The notes: generated from the sequence alone by a model not told the origin. A stretch of 33,764 nucleotides of DNA from a bacterium (GCA_027449805.1 DAIDKY010000001.1:1-33764); one strand, 5' to 3'; positions 16,088 to 25,618 are shown, counted from the first letter of the stretch. A program made the numbers and translations.

Positions 16088-17161
16088 ATGTCTAATATCT
16101 TAAGCCTCGAGGCATTTAAATCCGACTGCAATAAACGACTTGAGCGTCTTTATAGCGCACGCATTGACCAGGCAGAGGCAATCGATGCCAGTTATGCCGA
16201 ATTAATATCTGAGCTCCGTACGTTAATCCTACGAGGCGGTAAACGGTTGCGCCCATATCTTACCTACCTAACCTACATGGGGCTAGGCGGCAAAGACACG
16301 GAGGCAATACTTGATTTCGTTGCTTCCCAAGAGCTTTTTCATAACTTTTTAATTATTCATGATGATGTTTTTGATCACGATGTAATGCGCTACGGCGGTC
16401 TTAATATTGCCGGCCGTTATCAAACTACGCTGTCAAAAAAACTTACGCCCTCTGCTAGAAAACATCTAGCCAACACAATGGCGGTTATGGGAGGCGACGT
16501 TACGATCGGACTTGGATTTAGACAGATAATCGAATCGGATTTCCCGGCAGAGACTCGACTCAAAGCCTTGCGTCGAGTCGAGCAAATGATCTTTGATGTT
16601 GCCGGAGGCGAGGTTCTGGACGTATTGATACCGACCTTCGACCTCAACGATGTTACCGAAGAGCGATTATTGCAGACCTATCGCTATAAGACTGCCTCTT
16701 ACAGCTTCGAGGCTCCGATGCAACTGGGAGCAGTCTTGGCAGATGCCGACGATAATACTTTGGCTGCGATTACCGACTTTGCGGTGCCTCTGGGTATCGC
16801 CTTTCAGCTTGCTGACGACCTTCTAAGTGCCTACGGCAACGAGTCCGAGATTGGCAAGTCGGTACTATCGGATCTCCGTGAGGGTAAACGGACTATCCTC
16901 ATAATCAAAGGGATTGAGTTAGCCGACAAACAAGGTCGTGAAGCGATTTATCATGCACTTGGCAACCCCAAAGCCAGCTACAGCGATTTAGGGGCTGTCC
17001 GCACGGTTCTGGATGACTGCGGAGCGCGCCATTATGTCGAATCATTAGCAGCTAGCGAGGTTGAACAGGCTTTATCGCAGCTAAAAGCGATCGGCCTCAG
17101 CAGCGAGGCTCAAGGTGCGATCGAGAAGCTCGCGCAGTTTACAATACATCGGCGAGCCTAG
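16088..17161 (+). CDS. Polyprenyl diphosphate synthase (trans-IPPS)
   Basis: GGKRLRP, HDDVFD...RYG, KTA, AFQLADD, GK...DLREGK. Start at ATG 16088. Confidence 0.92.
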   Translation: MSNILSLEAFKSDCNKRLERLYSARIDQAEAIDASYAELISELRTLILRGGKRLRPYLTYLTYMGLGGKDTEAILDFVASQELFHNFLIIHDDVFDHDVMRYGGLNIAGRYQTTLSKKLTPSARKHLANTMAVMGGDVTIGLGFRQIIESDFPAETRLKALRRVEQMIFDVAGGEVLDVLIPTFDLNDVTEERLLQTYRYKTASYSFEAPMQLGAVLADADDNTLAAITDFAVPLGIAFQLADDLLSAYGNESEIGKSVLSDLREGKRTILIIKGIELADKQGREAIYHALGNPKASYSDLGAVRTVLDDCGARHYVESLAASEVEQALSQLKAIGLSSEAQGAIEKLAQFTIHRRA

Positions 17162-17289
17162 ACGAGGTTACAGTACAAATCCGCCATTTTATGTAAAAAT
17201 AACTAGTTTTATGGTGGATAATACAGAGTAAATGGGGAAATCAGTCTAAAAGTTGATATTCAAGGGCGAAGAGTGCTTTAATAATGCTA

Positions 17290-18510
17290 ATGCTTTGCCC
17301 AAACTGTCACTCAGATGATGTCATCACCGTACAGGATCAACAGATCTGTGTTAACTGCGGGCGTTTATTAACTAAAGCCGAGGCAGCCGCACAAATAAAA
17401 AAAGCTCCGTCATCAAAGATAAAAGTTGCTTCAAAGCGCGGTCCTGGACGGCCACGTGCCGCCAAGCTCGATACTCCCATGCAAAAACCCGCTTCGCATA
17501 GTGTGTCGATCAATGATATTAAGCCTCGGAGACCCGCGCCCCAGCCGGCCTCAACGCCCGAAATCACACCAATTGCACTAAAGTCGAAGAAGGCGAAGAT
17601 TAAGCATGGTGCAGCATTTATGGCCGGTTTTAGGGCTTTGCGTCCCACGTGGATCGCTTTGATGCTGCCGGGAGCTATTACGGTTGCCATTGCACTTGTC
17701 TATACGGCTAATTCGTATCTCCATACTGCGCGCCTGCAGCAGGCGCCTGAATTTACTATCGCGGTTCTCGTTTTCATCACCGGTCTCGTTTGGTTGCGTT
17801 TTATTCGCGCCGGCGTAATGTTTCAACGCGCCGGGGTCCACGACCATCGTCTATCAAATTACGGATCGGCGCTGCGGGCGAGCCTTGCTAGAGACGGTCA
17901 ACTCAAGCTATTTTATCTACGCCATACCGCAGCGGCGCTTGCCGAACTAAGTCTACTGACTCTTGTTGTTTGGTATGGCGGCCGCTTAACTATTCTTCCT
18001 AATTTACTTCATATCGGCCTGCTCTTTATCGCTTGTTTCGGCCTGCTTTACCTGCTTGGCAGCCTCTGGGTGGTACAACGCTTGGTAGAGGCCGGTATTA
18101 TGGTTAGCAGTCTTAAGTTGCCCGCAGCCCATTGGTTGGCCTGGCGATTTTGGCGCAAACACTGGGAACTGCTTGGCGCTCGATTGATTGCTTTGCTAAT
18201 TATTCTAACGCTCGGCGCCGGGGTTGCGATTGGTCTCAGAGCCGGCCTCCACGGCCTTGATCAAACGATAAAGGTTTGTCTGCTGGTGGGTGTTGGCGGA
18301 TTTGGTATAGCGATTCTTACGGTATTTTCAGGCGGTGTTACAGAAGATCTGTATCGACAACTAGTCGGAATCGATGAGTCAGAACGTTCATCGCGATTAC
18401 TTGGACAACGTCACGCCGTTAAGCCGCGTTGGGGCGCAAAAGTACTCTTTCTCGCCGGTCTTATCCTGCCGTTAGCTGCTGCCGTTATGATCGCATACCT
18501 ATGGCATTGA
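17290..18510 (+). CDS. Hypothetical multi-TM protein with an N-terminal zinc ribbon
   Basis: CPNC-x14-CVNCG, basic Pro-rich linker, then about 7 TM helices; start at 17284 or 17290. Confidence 0.75.
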   Translation: MLCPNCHSDDVITVQDQQICVNCGRLLTKAEAAAQIKKAPSSKIKVASKRGPGRPRAAKLDTPMQKPASHSVSINDIKPRRPAPQPASTPEITPIALKSKKAKIKHGAAFMAGFRALRPTWIALMLPGAITVAIALVYTANSYLHTARLQQAPEFTIAVLVFITGLVWLRFIRAGVMFQRAGVHDHRLSNYGSALRASLARDGQLKLFYLRHTAAALAELSLLTLVVWYGGRLTILPNLLHIGLLFIACFGLLYLLGSLWVVQRLVEAGIMVSSLKLPAAHWLAWRFWRKHWELLGARLIALLIILTLGAGVAIGLRAGLHGLDQTIKVCLLVGVGGFGIAILTVFSGGVTEDLYRQLVGIDESERSSRLLGQRHAVKPRWGAKVLFLAGLILPLAAAVMIAYLWH

Positions 18511-18535
18511 CTTTTCGAGCTTATTACACTAGTAT
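18507..18535 (+). promoter_or_regulatory. Promoter of secE-nusG-rplK-rplA
   Basis: TTGACT-17 nt-TAGTAT. Confidence 0.6.
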
Positions 18536-18604
18536 TGAAGCCAAAGCCGAAGGCTTTTTAATTTTGGCTGCAAACAGCCCTATGACCGCAAAAGGAGACG
18601 GACA

Positions 18605-18787
18605 ATGAGACCACTATTCGAGTATCTCAGTGCATCCCGCGCCGAACTAGCCAAAGTAGCTTGGCCAAACCGCCGCCAGACTGTACGTTTAACCTTCATA
18701 GTTATCATTTTTTCACTGATACTAGCGGTCATTATCGGGGCGCTCGATTACCTCTTCTCGCTCGGTCTGCAGAAACTCATCTCTTAA
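18605..18787 (+). CDS. secE: Preprotein translocase subunit SecE
   Basis: ELAKVAWP motif plus one TM helix; lies upstream of nusG. Confidence 0.95.
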   Translation: MRPLFEYLSASRAELAKVAWPNRRQTVRLTFIVIIFSLILAVIIGALDYLFSLGLQKLIS

Positions 18788-18802
18788 CCCGTAAGGACAA
18801 TC

Positions 18803-19357
18803 ATGGCGAACGATATTAAGCCCAGCGCAAACTCGACTCAACCCTGGTACGTTATTCATACTTACTCAGGCTATGAGGATAGAGTGGCCGAGAACCTCCG
18901 CCAGCGCATCGAGACGATGCATATGGCCGATAAGATCTTTGATGTAATAGTTCCAAAAGAGAATCAGATCGAGATTAAGAATGGCCGTCGTCGTATTGTT
19001 GAGCGTCGCATCTTCCCAGGCTACGTGCTGGTGCAGATGGATGTTACCGAGGACTCATGGTTCGTCGTTCGTAATACTCCAAACGTGACGGGTTTTGTCG
19101 GTTCTGGCACAACCCCCACGCCGATCGACGAGGATGAGGTTCGACACATTCAAAAGCGAATGGGAGTTGAGGAGCCTAAGTTCAAAATTGACTTCTCGAC
19201 AGGCGAGTCGGTTAACATCGTTGACGGGCCGTTCAAGGGCTTTGACGGCATGGTCTCTGATATCGACGAGAATAAGGGCAAGATCAAAGTATTGGTTAAT
19301 ATGTTTGGACGCGAGACGCCGGTGGAACTCGATTCGCTCCAGGTAAAGAAGATCTAG
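18803..19357 (+). CDS. nusG: Transcription factor NusG
   Basis: WYVIHTYSGYE, FPGYVLV, KOW motif GPF, MFGRETPVEL. Confidence 0.98.
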   Translation: MANDIKPSANSTQPWYVIHTYSGYEDRVAENLRQRIETMHMADKIFDVIVPKENQIEIKNGRRRIVERRIFPGYVLVQMDVTEDSWFVVRNTPNVTGFVGSGTTPTPIDEDEVRHIQKRMGVEEPKFKIDFSTGESVNIVDGPFKGFDGMVSDIDENKGKIKVLVNMFGRETPVELDSLQVKKI

Positions 19358-19366
19358 GAGATTACG

Positions 19367-19798
19367 ATGGCAGATGTAGTAAAGCCGGTTAAGGCAAATA
19401 TTAAATTCCGAGTTCCGGCCGGCAAGGCTACGCCCGCCCCGCCGGTAGGCTCTACCCTCGGAGCCCATGGTGTTAATATGATGGACTTTATCAACGCTTT
19501 TAACGAACAGACGCGTGAGATGGATGGTTTACTTAGCGTCCGTGTAGCGGTTTACGAGGACCGAACCTTTGACTTTAGCGTTAAAGGTGAGTCAATGGCC
19601 TCGCTTATCCGTAAGGCTGCCGGCGTCGAAAAGGGCTCGGGTGTACCGAACAAGACTAAAGTCGCGACTCTAACCAAGGCGCAGGTCAGCGAGTTGGCCG
19701 AGAAGAAGATGGCCGATATGAACGCACACGACCTCGAGGCTGCCGCTAAGGTGGTTGCCGGAACCGCCCGCTCGATGGGAATCGAAGTCGAAGCATAA
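19367..19798 (+). CDS. rplK: 50S ribosomal protein L11
   Basis: AGKATPAPPVG and GTARSMGI. Confidence 0.98.
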   Translation: MADVVKPVKANIKFRVPAGKATPAPPVGSTLGAHGVNMMDFINAFNEQTREMDGLLSVRVAVYEDRTFDFSVKGESMASLIRKAAGVEKGSGVPNKTKVATLTKAQVSELAEKKMADMNAHDLEAAAKVVAGTARSMGIEVEA

Positions 19799-19811
19799 AC
19801 TAATAATGTAA

Positions 19812-19843
19812 CGTGGGAGGTCGAGCAGACCGCTTGAACCACG
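19812..19843 (+). promoter_or_regulatory. L1-binding leader RNA (autoregulatory site) between rplK and rplA
   Basis: CGTGGGAG...ACCACG closing stem with an inner helix, just before the rplA SD; matches the known L1 mRNA target pattern. Confidence 0.75.
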
Positions 19844-19849
19844 AAGGAG

Positions 19850-20872
19850 ATGAAGATGGCAAAGGCCAAGAAGACTGAAGAAGAAATTATTGAAACTGAG
19901 GAGCTGGCCGAAGAGCTCGAAGAGGTTCGAGAAACTGAGCCTAATATTGATTTGCCCGACGAAGCCGTTAACATGAACGACACCGGCGAGGGCGAGCCGA
20001 ATGAGATTGATGAGGATGGCGCTCCTCGTCCTACCAAAGCCGGCAAGCGTAGTGCTAAGGCTCAGCGCGAGGCAGAAGAGGAGGAGGCACGCCAGGAGGC
20101 TAAGGAGCAACCTAAGGAAGCCCCTGCGAAGGTTGTGCACCGTCGCCAGGAGCCCAACCCGTTGCATCAGCACGGTAAGAAATATCGTGAAGTGGCCAAG
20201 AAGGTCGAGCCTGGCAAGATTTATTCCCTGGAAGAAGCCCTGGCTCTTGCAGTTGATACCGCCACAACCAAGTTTGATTCAAGCGTCGAGGTCCACATTG
20301 GACTTGGTGTAGACCCGCGTCAGGCTGATCAGATGGTCCGTGCCAGCGTTGTACTGCCTCATGGTACCGGGCGTAGTATCCGTGTTGCCGTCATCGCGTC
20401 CGAGGCAAAGCAAGCCGAGGCTAAGGCCGCCGGTGCTGATCGTATCGGTGAAGCCGACCTCCTGGCCGAGATCGAGAAAGGTAAACTCGACTTCGACCTA
20501 CTGATCGCCACTCCTGACATGATGAGCAAACTGGGCAAGGCCGCCAAGGTCTTAGGCCCGCGTGGTCTAATGCCGAATCCAAAGAGCGGCAGTGTTACAC
20601 CAGATGTTGCAACGGCCGTTAAGCAGGCAAAGGCAGGCAAGGTAGAGTTCCGTATCGACAAGCAGGCCATCGTTCACCAGGCTGTCGGCAAGGTCAGTTT
20701 TAAGGCCGATGATCTCCTCAATAACACCAAGACATTGATCGCCGCTGTAATGAACGCCAAGCCCTCGACCACTAAGGGCACCTATGTAAAGTCCATGGCA
20801 ATTGCCACCACTATGGGCCCGGGCGTAAAAGTCGATGTGACCCAGGCGATCGCACTGAGCACTAAGCGTTAA
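19850..20872 (+). CDS. rplA: 50S ribosomal protein L1 with a ~105-aa acidic N-terminal extension
   Basis: KFDSSVE, LPHGTG, LGPRGLMPNPK, TMGPG. Confidence 0.97.
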   Translation: MKMAKAKKTEEEIIETEELAEELEEVRETEPNIDLPDEAVNMNDTGEGEPNEIDEDGAPRPTKAGKRSAKAQREAEEEEARQEAKEQPKEAPAKVVHRRQEPNPLHQHGKKYREVAKKVEPGKIYSLEEALALAVDTATTKFDSSVEVHIGLGVDPRQADQMVRASVVLPHGTGRSIRVAVIASEAKQAEAKAAGADRIGEADLLAEIEKGKLDFDLLIATPDMMSKLGKAAKVLGPRGLMPNPKSGSVTPDVATAVKQAKAGKVEFRIDKQAIVHQAVGKVSFKADDLLNNTKTLIAAVMNAKPSTTKGTYVKSMAIATTMGPGVKVDVTQAIALSTKR

Positions 20873-20892
20873 GGACCTGCCGACCAAATAGT

Positions 20893-21255
20893 CTAGACGG
20901 CAGGCCTGGGGTTGAGTTCTTTATCGGGGAGACGGCTGCGATCGAGCGGCCACGTCTCGTCGCCATAGCGCGAGTCGAGGACGGTATCCTCAATCTTATA
21001 TCGCCAAATTACGAAGCCCTGACGAGTCAACTCGTCCATAAGCGCTAGCATCCGACCCTTGAGATCTTCGAGGGTCTTGCTGCGTCCGGTGGCGAAGGAG
21101 TCGTCACGCGAACGCTCTGGGAGATCGTTCTGTCGTCTTCGCATGAGCAGCTCGGCTACATGGAAGCCGTAATGGCTGCATATCGTTACGAGCTCTTCGT
21201 GCTGCTCATCGAAGAGCGGCTCGAGAGTGATGTGTGCCTCGTAGTAGTACGTCAT
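20893..21255 (-). CDS. Hypothetical protein (YEAHIT...RYKIED)
   Basis: SD AAAGGAG before ATG; globular-protein composition; fills the gap between rplA and dcd. Confidence 0.78.
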   Translation of the reverse strand: MTYYYEAHITLEPLFDEQHEELVTICSHYGFHVAELLMRRRQNDLPERSRDDSFATGRSKTLEDLKGRMLALMDELTRQGFVIWRYKIEDTVLDSRYGDETWPLDRSRLPDKELNPRPAV

Positions 21256-21391
21256 CTTGCTCCTTTGTCGGATAGTACGGGGTGCTTCCTGGATGTATTA
21301 ATAATACCGAACAAAAGGCGTACATGCAATGAGGAATTTCCGTGATATGATTTTCCTCAAGTATGTCTTTATAAACTCGAAAGGATCAAAA

Positions 21392-22069
21392 ATGGGAGTC
21401 TTTAGTAATCTCCAAATCCGCGCCGCCATCGAGAGTGGTCAGATCGTGGTACATCCGCTCGTTCCAGAGAACGTTCGCGGTTCGAGCGTCGATGTAACCC
21501 TGGGTGAATGGTTTTATGCGACGGAGAAGAGTAACAACCAGAGTCACCTTAACCCGTTTGATGCCGCGGATGTAGCACGGTATTTTGGCAACCCGTTACA
21601 GGCAATGCCAAATGCCGAATGGTGCGAATTGCATCATTGCTTGCCGTTCGCCGGTATACCAGATGATCATCCGGTTATCGTTTTGGGGCCAGGCGAGCGA
21701 ATCCTTGCTCATACGCATGAGTTCATTGGCATTCACGCACCGGGTACAACGGAGATGAAGTCCCGGTCAAGCTGGGGGCGTCTCGGTGTCGCGGCATGTT
21801 TCGATGCGGGCTGGGGTGATCCCGGGTACATCAATCGCTGGACGATGGAGATCTACAACCTCAACCAACGTGAGGCTGTACCCCTGCCTGTAGGAGAACG
21901 AATCGCCCAGATCATCTTTCACGAAACGGGAGAGGTCGAGGATGACTACGGCGCAGTCGGAAAGTACCAGACCGGCTCAGACCTGGCGGAGTTGATCGCA
22001 CAGTGGAGTCCATCACAGATGCTTCCCCGGGCGTTTAAAGATGAGCGCCGTACTCCACTCCCAGTGTGA
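21392..22069 (+). CDS. dcd: dCTP deaminase
   Basis: SSVDVTLG, SRSSWGRLG, GDPGY, TMEI, GERIAQIIF, KYQ. Start at ATG 21392 with SD AAGGA. Confidence 0.9.
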   Translation: MGVFSNLQIRAAIESGQIVVHPLVPENVRGSSVDVTLGEWFYATEKSNNQSHLNPFDAADVARYFGNPLQAMPNAEWCELHHCLPFAGIPDDHPVIVLGPGERILAHTHEFIGIHAPGTTEMKSRSSWGRLGVAACFDAGWGDPGYINRWTMEIYNLNQREAVPLPVGERIAQIIFHETGEVEDDYGAVGKYQTGSDLAELIAQWSPSQMLPRAFKDERRTPLPV

Positions 22070-22121
22070 TACCATAACTGGGAGCTAGGTGAGAGTTCGA
22101 CGACCCTTGAAAAGAGGCAAA

Positions 22122-22805
22122 ATGCAGACACGCACTACTGGTGCGCTAATCGTGATCGACGGTCCCGACGGGACCGGAAAGGGCACGCAACACGATCATC
22201 TGAAGAAGCGTCTTAAGAAGCAAGGGGCGCCGTATACATCGTATGACTTTCCGATCTACAGCAGCCCTCCCGCCTGGTATATCGAGGCGTATCTTCGTGG
22301 CGATTTCGGAACGTTGGAGGAGATTGGGCCTGAGTTGGCCTCACTCTTCTTTGCACTTGAGCGCTTTTCTCAGAAGCAGGATATTCTGCGTGATCTTGCT
22401 GCCGGCAAAGTCTTGATCTCCAACCGTTACGTTGCTGCCAACATGGGGCATCAGGGGGCCAAGATCAACGATCCGAATGAGCGCCTAGCGTTCTATCGGT
22501 GGCTGGATGAGCTCGAATACGTCATCTGTGGCTTGCCACGAGCAAACCTCAACATCATTCTCGAGCTCCCGCCCGAGATTGCACAGCAACGTGTTGATGG
22601 GAAAGCATCACGCGCTCACCTCCACGGTGAGACTCGAGACCTCCACGAAGCCAGTCTGGACCATCTTACGATGGCAGCAGACCGGTATCGTGAGATCTGC
22701 GATCTGTTCCCGGAGGAATTCGTACGTGTTGATGCAAGTGGCAGCGAAGAAGAAGTCCATGAGCGAATCTGGGCTCATGTCGAACGACTCCTGGAAGGGG
22801 ATTGA
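22122..22805 (+). CDS. tmk: Thymidylate kinase
   Basis: P-loop IDGPDGTGKGTQ, NRY motif, RDLHE. Start at ATG 22122. Confidence 0.92.
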   Translation: MQTRTTGALIVIDGPDGTGKGTQHDHLKKRLKKQGAPYTSYDFPIYSSPPAWYIEAYLRGDFGTLEEIGPELASLFFALERFSQKQDILRDLAAGKVLISNRYVAANMGHQGAKINDPNERLAFYRWLDELEYVICGLPRANLNIILELPPEIAQQRVDGKASRAHLHGETRDLHEASLDHLTMAADRYREICDLFPEEFVRVDASGSEEEVHERIWAHVERLLEGD

Positions 22806-22806
22806 G

Positions 22807-24414
22807 ATGACAGATAGCAACGGATATGTCGCCGAGCGGTCAGATGGTGGCAAGGAGATCACGCCGAAGGGGCATGATCGCCTCAGTGGCCTTGTGACCA
22901 CCACGACGGGTCCTGTCTATGTGATCACCAACGATGTTCCACAAGCCACCGTTGCGGCGGCTATGGCGCGTCTATCGCGAAGGCCCGGGGATCTGCGTGT
23001 CACCCTGCTCGAGGAGTTTCTCGACCAGGATCTACGTGACGGTCAGCTGCTCGAACGAGTTATAACCCAGTTCGGTGATGACTCTGTGCAGCAACTCGTC
23101 AGCGTGGACTTTGCGGTGGAAGGGTGCTCAAACCTCCTCACAAAGATGCTTGAGTGGGCTCGCTTCGGTGCCTACCTGGAGCAGTCGACACGCTACATAC
23201 CGTTCGATCAGCTTGGCGCGGACGGCCACTTCAACTTCTTTGTTCCAGAGGAGTTGAAGGGTGATCTGCGTGAGCACTACATCTCCGAGATGGACGGCAT
23301 CTTCGCGGCTTACTCATTGATGATCGAGCCGATGATTGAACACGTTCGTAAAACAACTGAGCCAAGCAGCAACTCGGCGCGCGACATCAATGCATGGAAA
23401 AACGCGTCACGCGCAACGGCGCTCGACGCAGTGCGTTCACTTTTGCCCGTGGCAACACGGTCGACTGTAGGTGTTCACATGTCCGCACAAACACTCGAGA
23501 ACTTGATCATCACCATGCGGTCCAGCGTACTTAGCGAGGCCCGTGACACAGCTGACGCTCTTCTAACCGAAGCACGCAAGGTGATTCCTGACTTTCTCCA
23601 GCGAGTCGACCGCCCCGACAGGGGCAACATGCGTTCGCTCTACCGAGAGAACCTGAGAAATGACCTAACCGAGTTGGCTTCTCAGCTCACTGGAGGCCCG
23701 GTTGATGACGGTGAGCCGGTGAGGCTTATCGACTATTGGCCTAGCAACGAAAACGAGTTGTTAGCGGGAATACTTTTCCCCTACAGTTCACACTCGATCG
23801 AAGAGATCAGTCGTCAGGTCGGCGAGTGGCCATCAATCGATCAGGAGCTCATCTGGAGAGCTGCCATTGGTGAACGCGCGGACCGGCGAGATCGTCCGGG
23901 ACGTGCCTTCGAGAAAGCCCATTACGAGTTCACCGTTGTTGGTGACTACGGTACCTTCCGCGATCTGCAACGCCATCGCGTGGTCGACGCCATGGAGTGG
24001 CAGATGCTCACCCCAGCCAACGCCTACGCGATACCTGATCTGGTCACGGCGGCGGGTTGTGAAGATGCCTTCATTGAGGTCTTCGCTCGTTCGGAGCGTC
24101 TCTATGAGCTTCTGCGTGAACGAGTCTCTCCCGAAGTGGCACAATACGCCACGCTGCTGGGGCATCGCATGCGCTACCGTCTCATCGTCAACGGCCGGGC
24201 CCTCTACCACCTGCTCGAGCTTCGCACGGGCAAGGCGGGACACCCCGGCTACCGTAAGATCTGTCAGCAGATGTTCGCTCTGGTCGAGCAGGTTCATCCG
24301 CAGCTCGCAAGAGGTATGAAGTACGTCGACCTGGAACCGCCGACTGGCCTTGGCCGTCTGGCAGCCGAAGAGCGCACCGCACGTAAACTGGCGTTCCTCG
24401 AAGCCAACGATTAG
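22807..24414 (+). CDS. thyX: FAD-dependent thymidylate synthase, tandem-domain type
   Basis: FGDDSV, YLEQSTRY, RSLLP in domain 1; FRDLQRHR, ELRT, GHPGYR in domain 2. Start at ATG 22807, one nt after the tmk stop, with SD GAAGGGG. Confidence 0.92.
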   Translation: MTDSNGYVAERSDGGKEITPKGHDRLSGLVTTTTGPVYVITNDVPQATVAAAMARLSRRPGDLRVTLLEEFLDQDLRDGQLLERVITQFGDDSVQQLVSVDFAVEGCSNLLTKMLEWARFGAYLEQSTRYIPFDQLGADGHFNFFVPEELKGDLREHYISEMDGIFAAYSLMIEPMIEHVRKTTEPSSNSARDINAWKNASRATALDAVRSLLPVATRSTVGVHMSAQTLENLIITMRSSVLSEARDTADALLTEARKVIPDFLQRVDRPDRGNMRSLYRENLRNDLTELASQLTGGPVDDGEPVRLIDYWPSNENELLAGILFPYSSHSIEEISRQVGEWPSIDQELIWRAAIGERADRRDRPGRAFEKAHYEFTVVGDYGTFRDLQRHRVVDAMEWQMLTPANAYAIPDLVTAAGCEDAFIEVFARSERLYELLRERVSPEVAQYATLLGHRMRYRLIVNGRALYHLLELRTGKAGHPGYRKICQQMFALVEQVHPQLARGMKYVDLEPPTGLGRLAAEERTARKLAFLEAND

Positions 24415-24483
24415 ACCTCGCGTCTGATCTAGCCCGTAATCGTAACCGATTGCGGGCTCTTACTTTGCATGCGTCCATTTGTC

Positions 24484-24512
24484 TTGACCTTTAGCCTCAA
24501 ATTAGCTATGAT
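24484..24512 (+). promoter_or_regulatory. rplJ-rplL promoter
   Basis: TTGACC-17 nt-TATGAT. Confidence 0.75.
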
Positions 24513-24522
24513 ATTCAAGTTC

Positions 24523-24569
24523 ACCACAGACAGTAGCTGGTCGTTTGGACCTTAATATGCTACCGAGGT
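24523..24569 (+). promoter_or_regulatory. L10 leader RNA
   Basis: ACCACAGACAGTAGC...TTAAT..GCTACCGAGGT matches the L10-leader pattern (AGAC, TTAA, CCGAGG) upstream of rplJ. Confidence 0.8.
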
Positions 24570-24621
24570 TTGCCCCAGGGCATTAGGTGCAACACCTATA
24601 CAATTAAAGAAAGAGGTTTGT

Positions 24622-25155
24622 ATGGCCATTTCAAGGACTGCCAAAGAGCAGGCTGTTGAGCAACTCAGCGGCGAGCTTGGTCGGCTCAGTCTGGCCGTCA
24701 TGACCGACTACCGTGGCCTCACCGTGCGTGAGGTTGAGGAGCTGCGAGCTAAGCTGCGCGAAGAGGGGATGACCTACCGAGTGACAAAAAACACTCTACT
24801 GCGTCTCGCCGTTCAAAACAGCCCGGCTATGGCCAAGATCGATCCGGAGACTTTTACGGGTCCCATGGCCTTAGCTTTTAGCTTTGAGGATGAGGTCGCA
24901 CCGGCTCGTGTGATCTTTCAGTACGCCAAGGAACACCAGGCGCTGGAGATCGTCGGAGCTCTGACCGGAGACGGGCACTTACTGAGTGCTGCCGAGGTTA
25001 AGGCTCTGGCTACGCTGCCAAGTCGCGAGCAACTCATCGCCCAGGTCGTCGGTACCATCGCTGCACCCCTTACCGGGTTCGTCGGCGTTATGGCGGGCAA
25101 TGTTCGTTCGATTATCAATGTATTAAATGCCCTCGCGGCAGTAGAAGGAAAATAA
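24622..25155 (+). CDS. rplJ: 50S ribosomal protein L10
   Basis: [21 protein letters not shown]. Confidence 0.98.
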   Translation: MAISRTAKEQAVEQLSGELGRLSLAVMTDYRGLTVREVEELRAKLREEGMTYRVTKNTLLRLAVQNSPAMAKIDPETFTGPMALAFSFEDEVAPARVIFQYAKEHQALEIVGALTGDGHLLSAAEVKALATLPSREQLIAQVVGTIAAPLTGFVGVMAGNVRSIINVLNALAAVEGK

Positions 25156-25157
25156 CA

Positions 25158-25574
25158 ATGGCTGAATCAGAAGAGAAGAAGACCGTCGAGATTCCGGAAA
25201 AGTTCCAGAAGCTCGTCGAGCAGATCGATAAGTTAAGTGTTCTTGAGCTCAGCGAGCTCGTTAAAGTCCTTGAGGATCACTATGGCGTAAGTGCTGCTGC
25301 TCCGGCGGCTGCCGCTGCTGCTCCTGCGGCCGGTGGCGCTGATGCCGCTGCTGCCGACGAGAAGTCGAGCTTTACCGTTGTCTTGGCCGCCGCCGGTGAC
25401 TCCAAGATCAACGTCATCAAGGCTGTGCGCGAGCTGACCGGTCTCGGTCTAGCCGAGTCGAAAGCCCTCGTCGACGGCGCCCCCAAGCCCGTTAAGGAGA
25501 ACGTTGCCAAGGCTGAGGCCGAAGAAGCTAAGGCTGCTCTCGAAGCTGCCGGTGCTACCGTCGAGCTCCAGTAA
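25158..25574 (+). CDS. rplL: 50S ribosomal protein L7/L12
   Basis: Ala-rich hinge, [27 protein letters not shown]. Confidence 0.98.
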   Translation: MAESEEKKTVEIPEKFQKLVEQIDKLSVLELSELVKVLEDHYGVSAAAPAAAAAAPAAGGADAAAADEKSSFTVVLAAAGDSKINVIKAVRELTGLGLAESKALVDGAPKPVKENVAKAEAEEAKAALEAAGATVELQ

Positions 25575-25592
25575 CCTCGAGCGTTCAACGCT

Positions 25593-25618
25593 AAAAGAGC
25601 CCCTTCGGGGGCTTTTTT
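25593..25618 (+). terminator. Intrinsic terminator after rplL
   Basis: AAAAGAGCCCC-TTCG-GGGGCTTTTTT. Confidence 0.9.

Noticed and set aside
17162..17283. Possible replication origin (AT-rich gap with one GTGGATAA)
   Set aside because: Only a single imperfect DnaA box, with no cluster and no dnaA nearby.
18511..18604. Expected tRNA-Trp or rpmG upstream of secE
   Set aside because: No cloverleaf, T-loop or ORF; only a promoter and a small AAAGCC-GAA-GGCTTT hairpin.
19552..20173. Long antisense ORFs over rplK and rplA, and similar ones over other genes
   Set aside because: Shadow ORFs caused by the codon bias of well-supported plus-strand genes.
22507..22806. 100-codon open extension of the thyX frame over tmk, suggesting a frameshift fusion
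   Set aside because: The extension is Ser/Thr-rich nonsense, no slippery site was seen, and thyX has its own SD and ATG right after the tmk stop.
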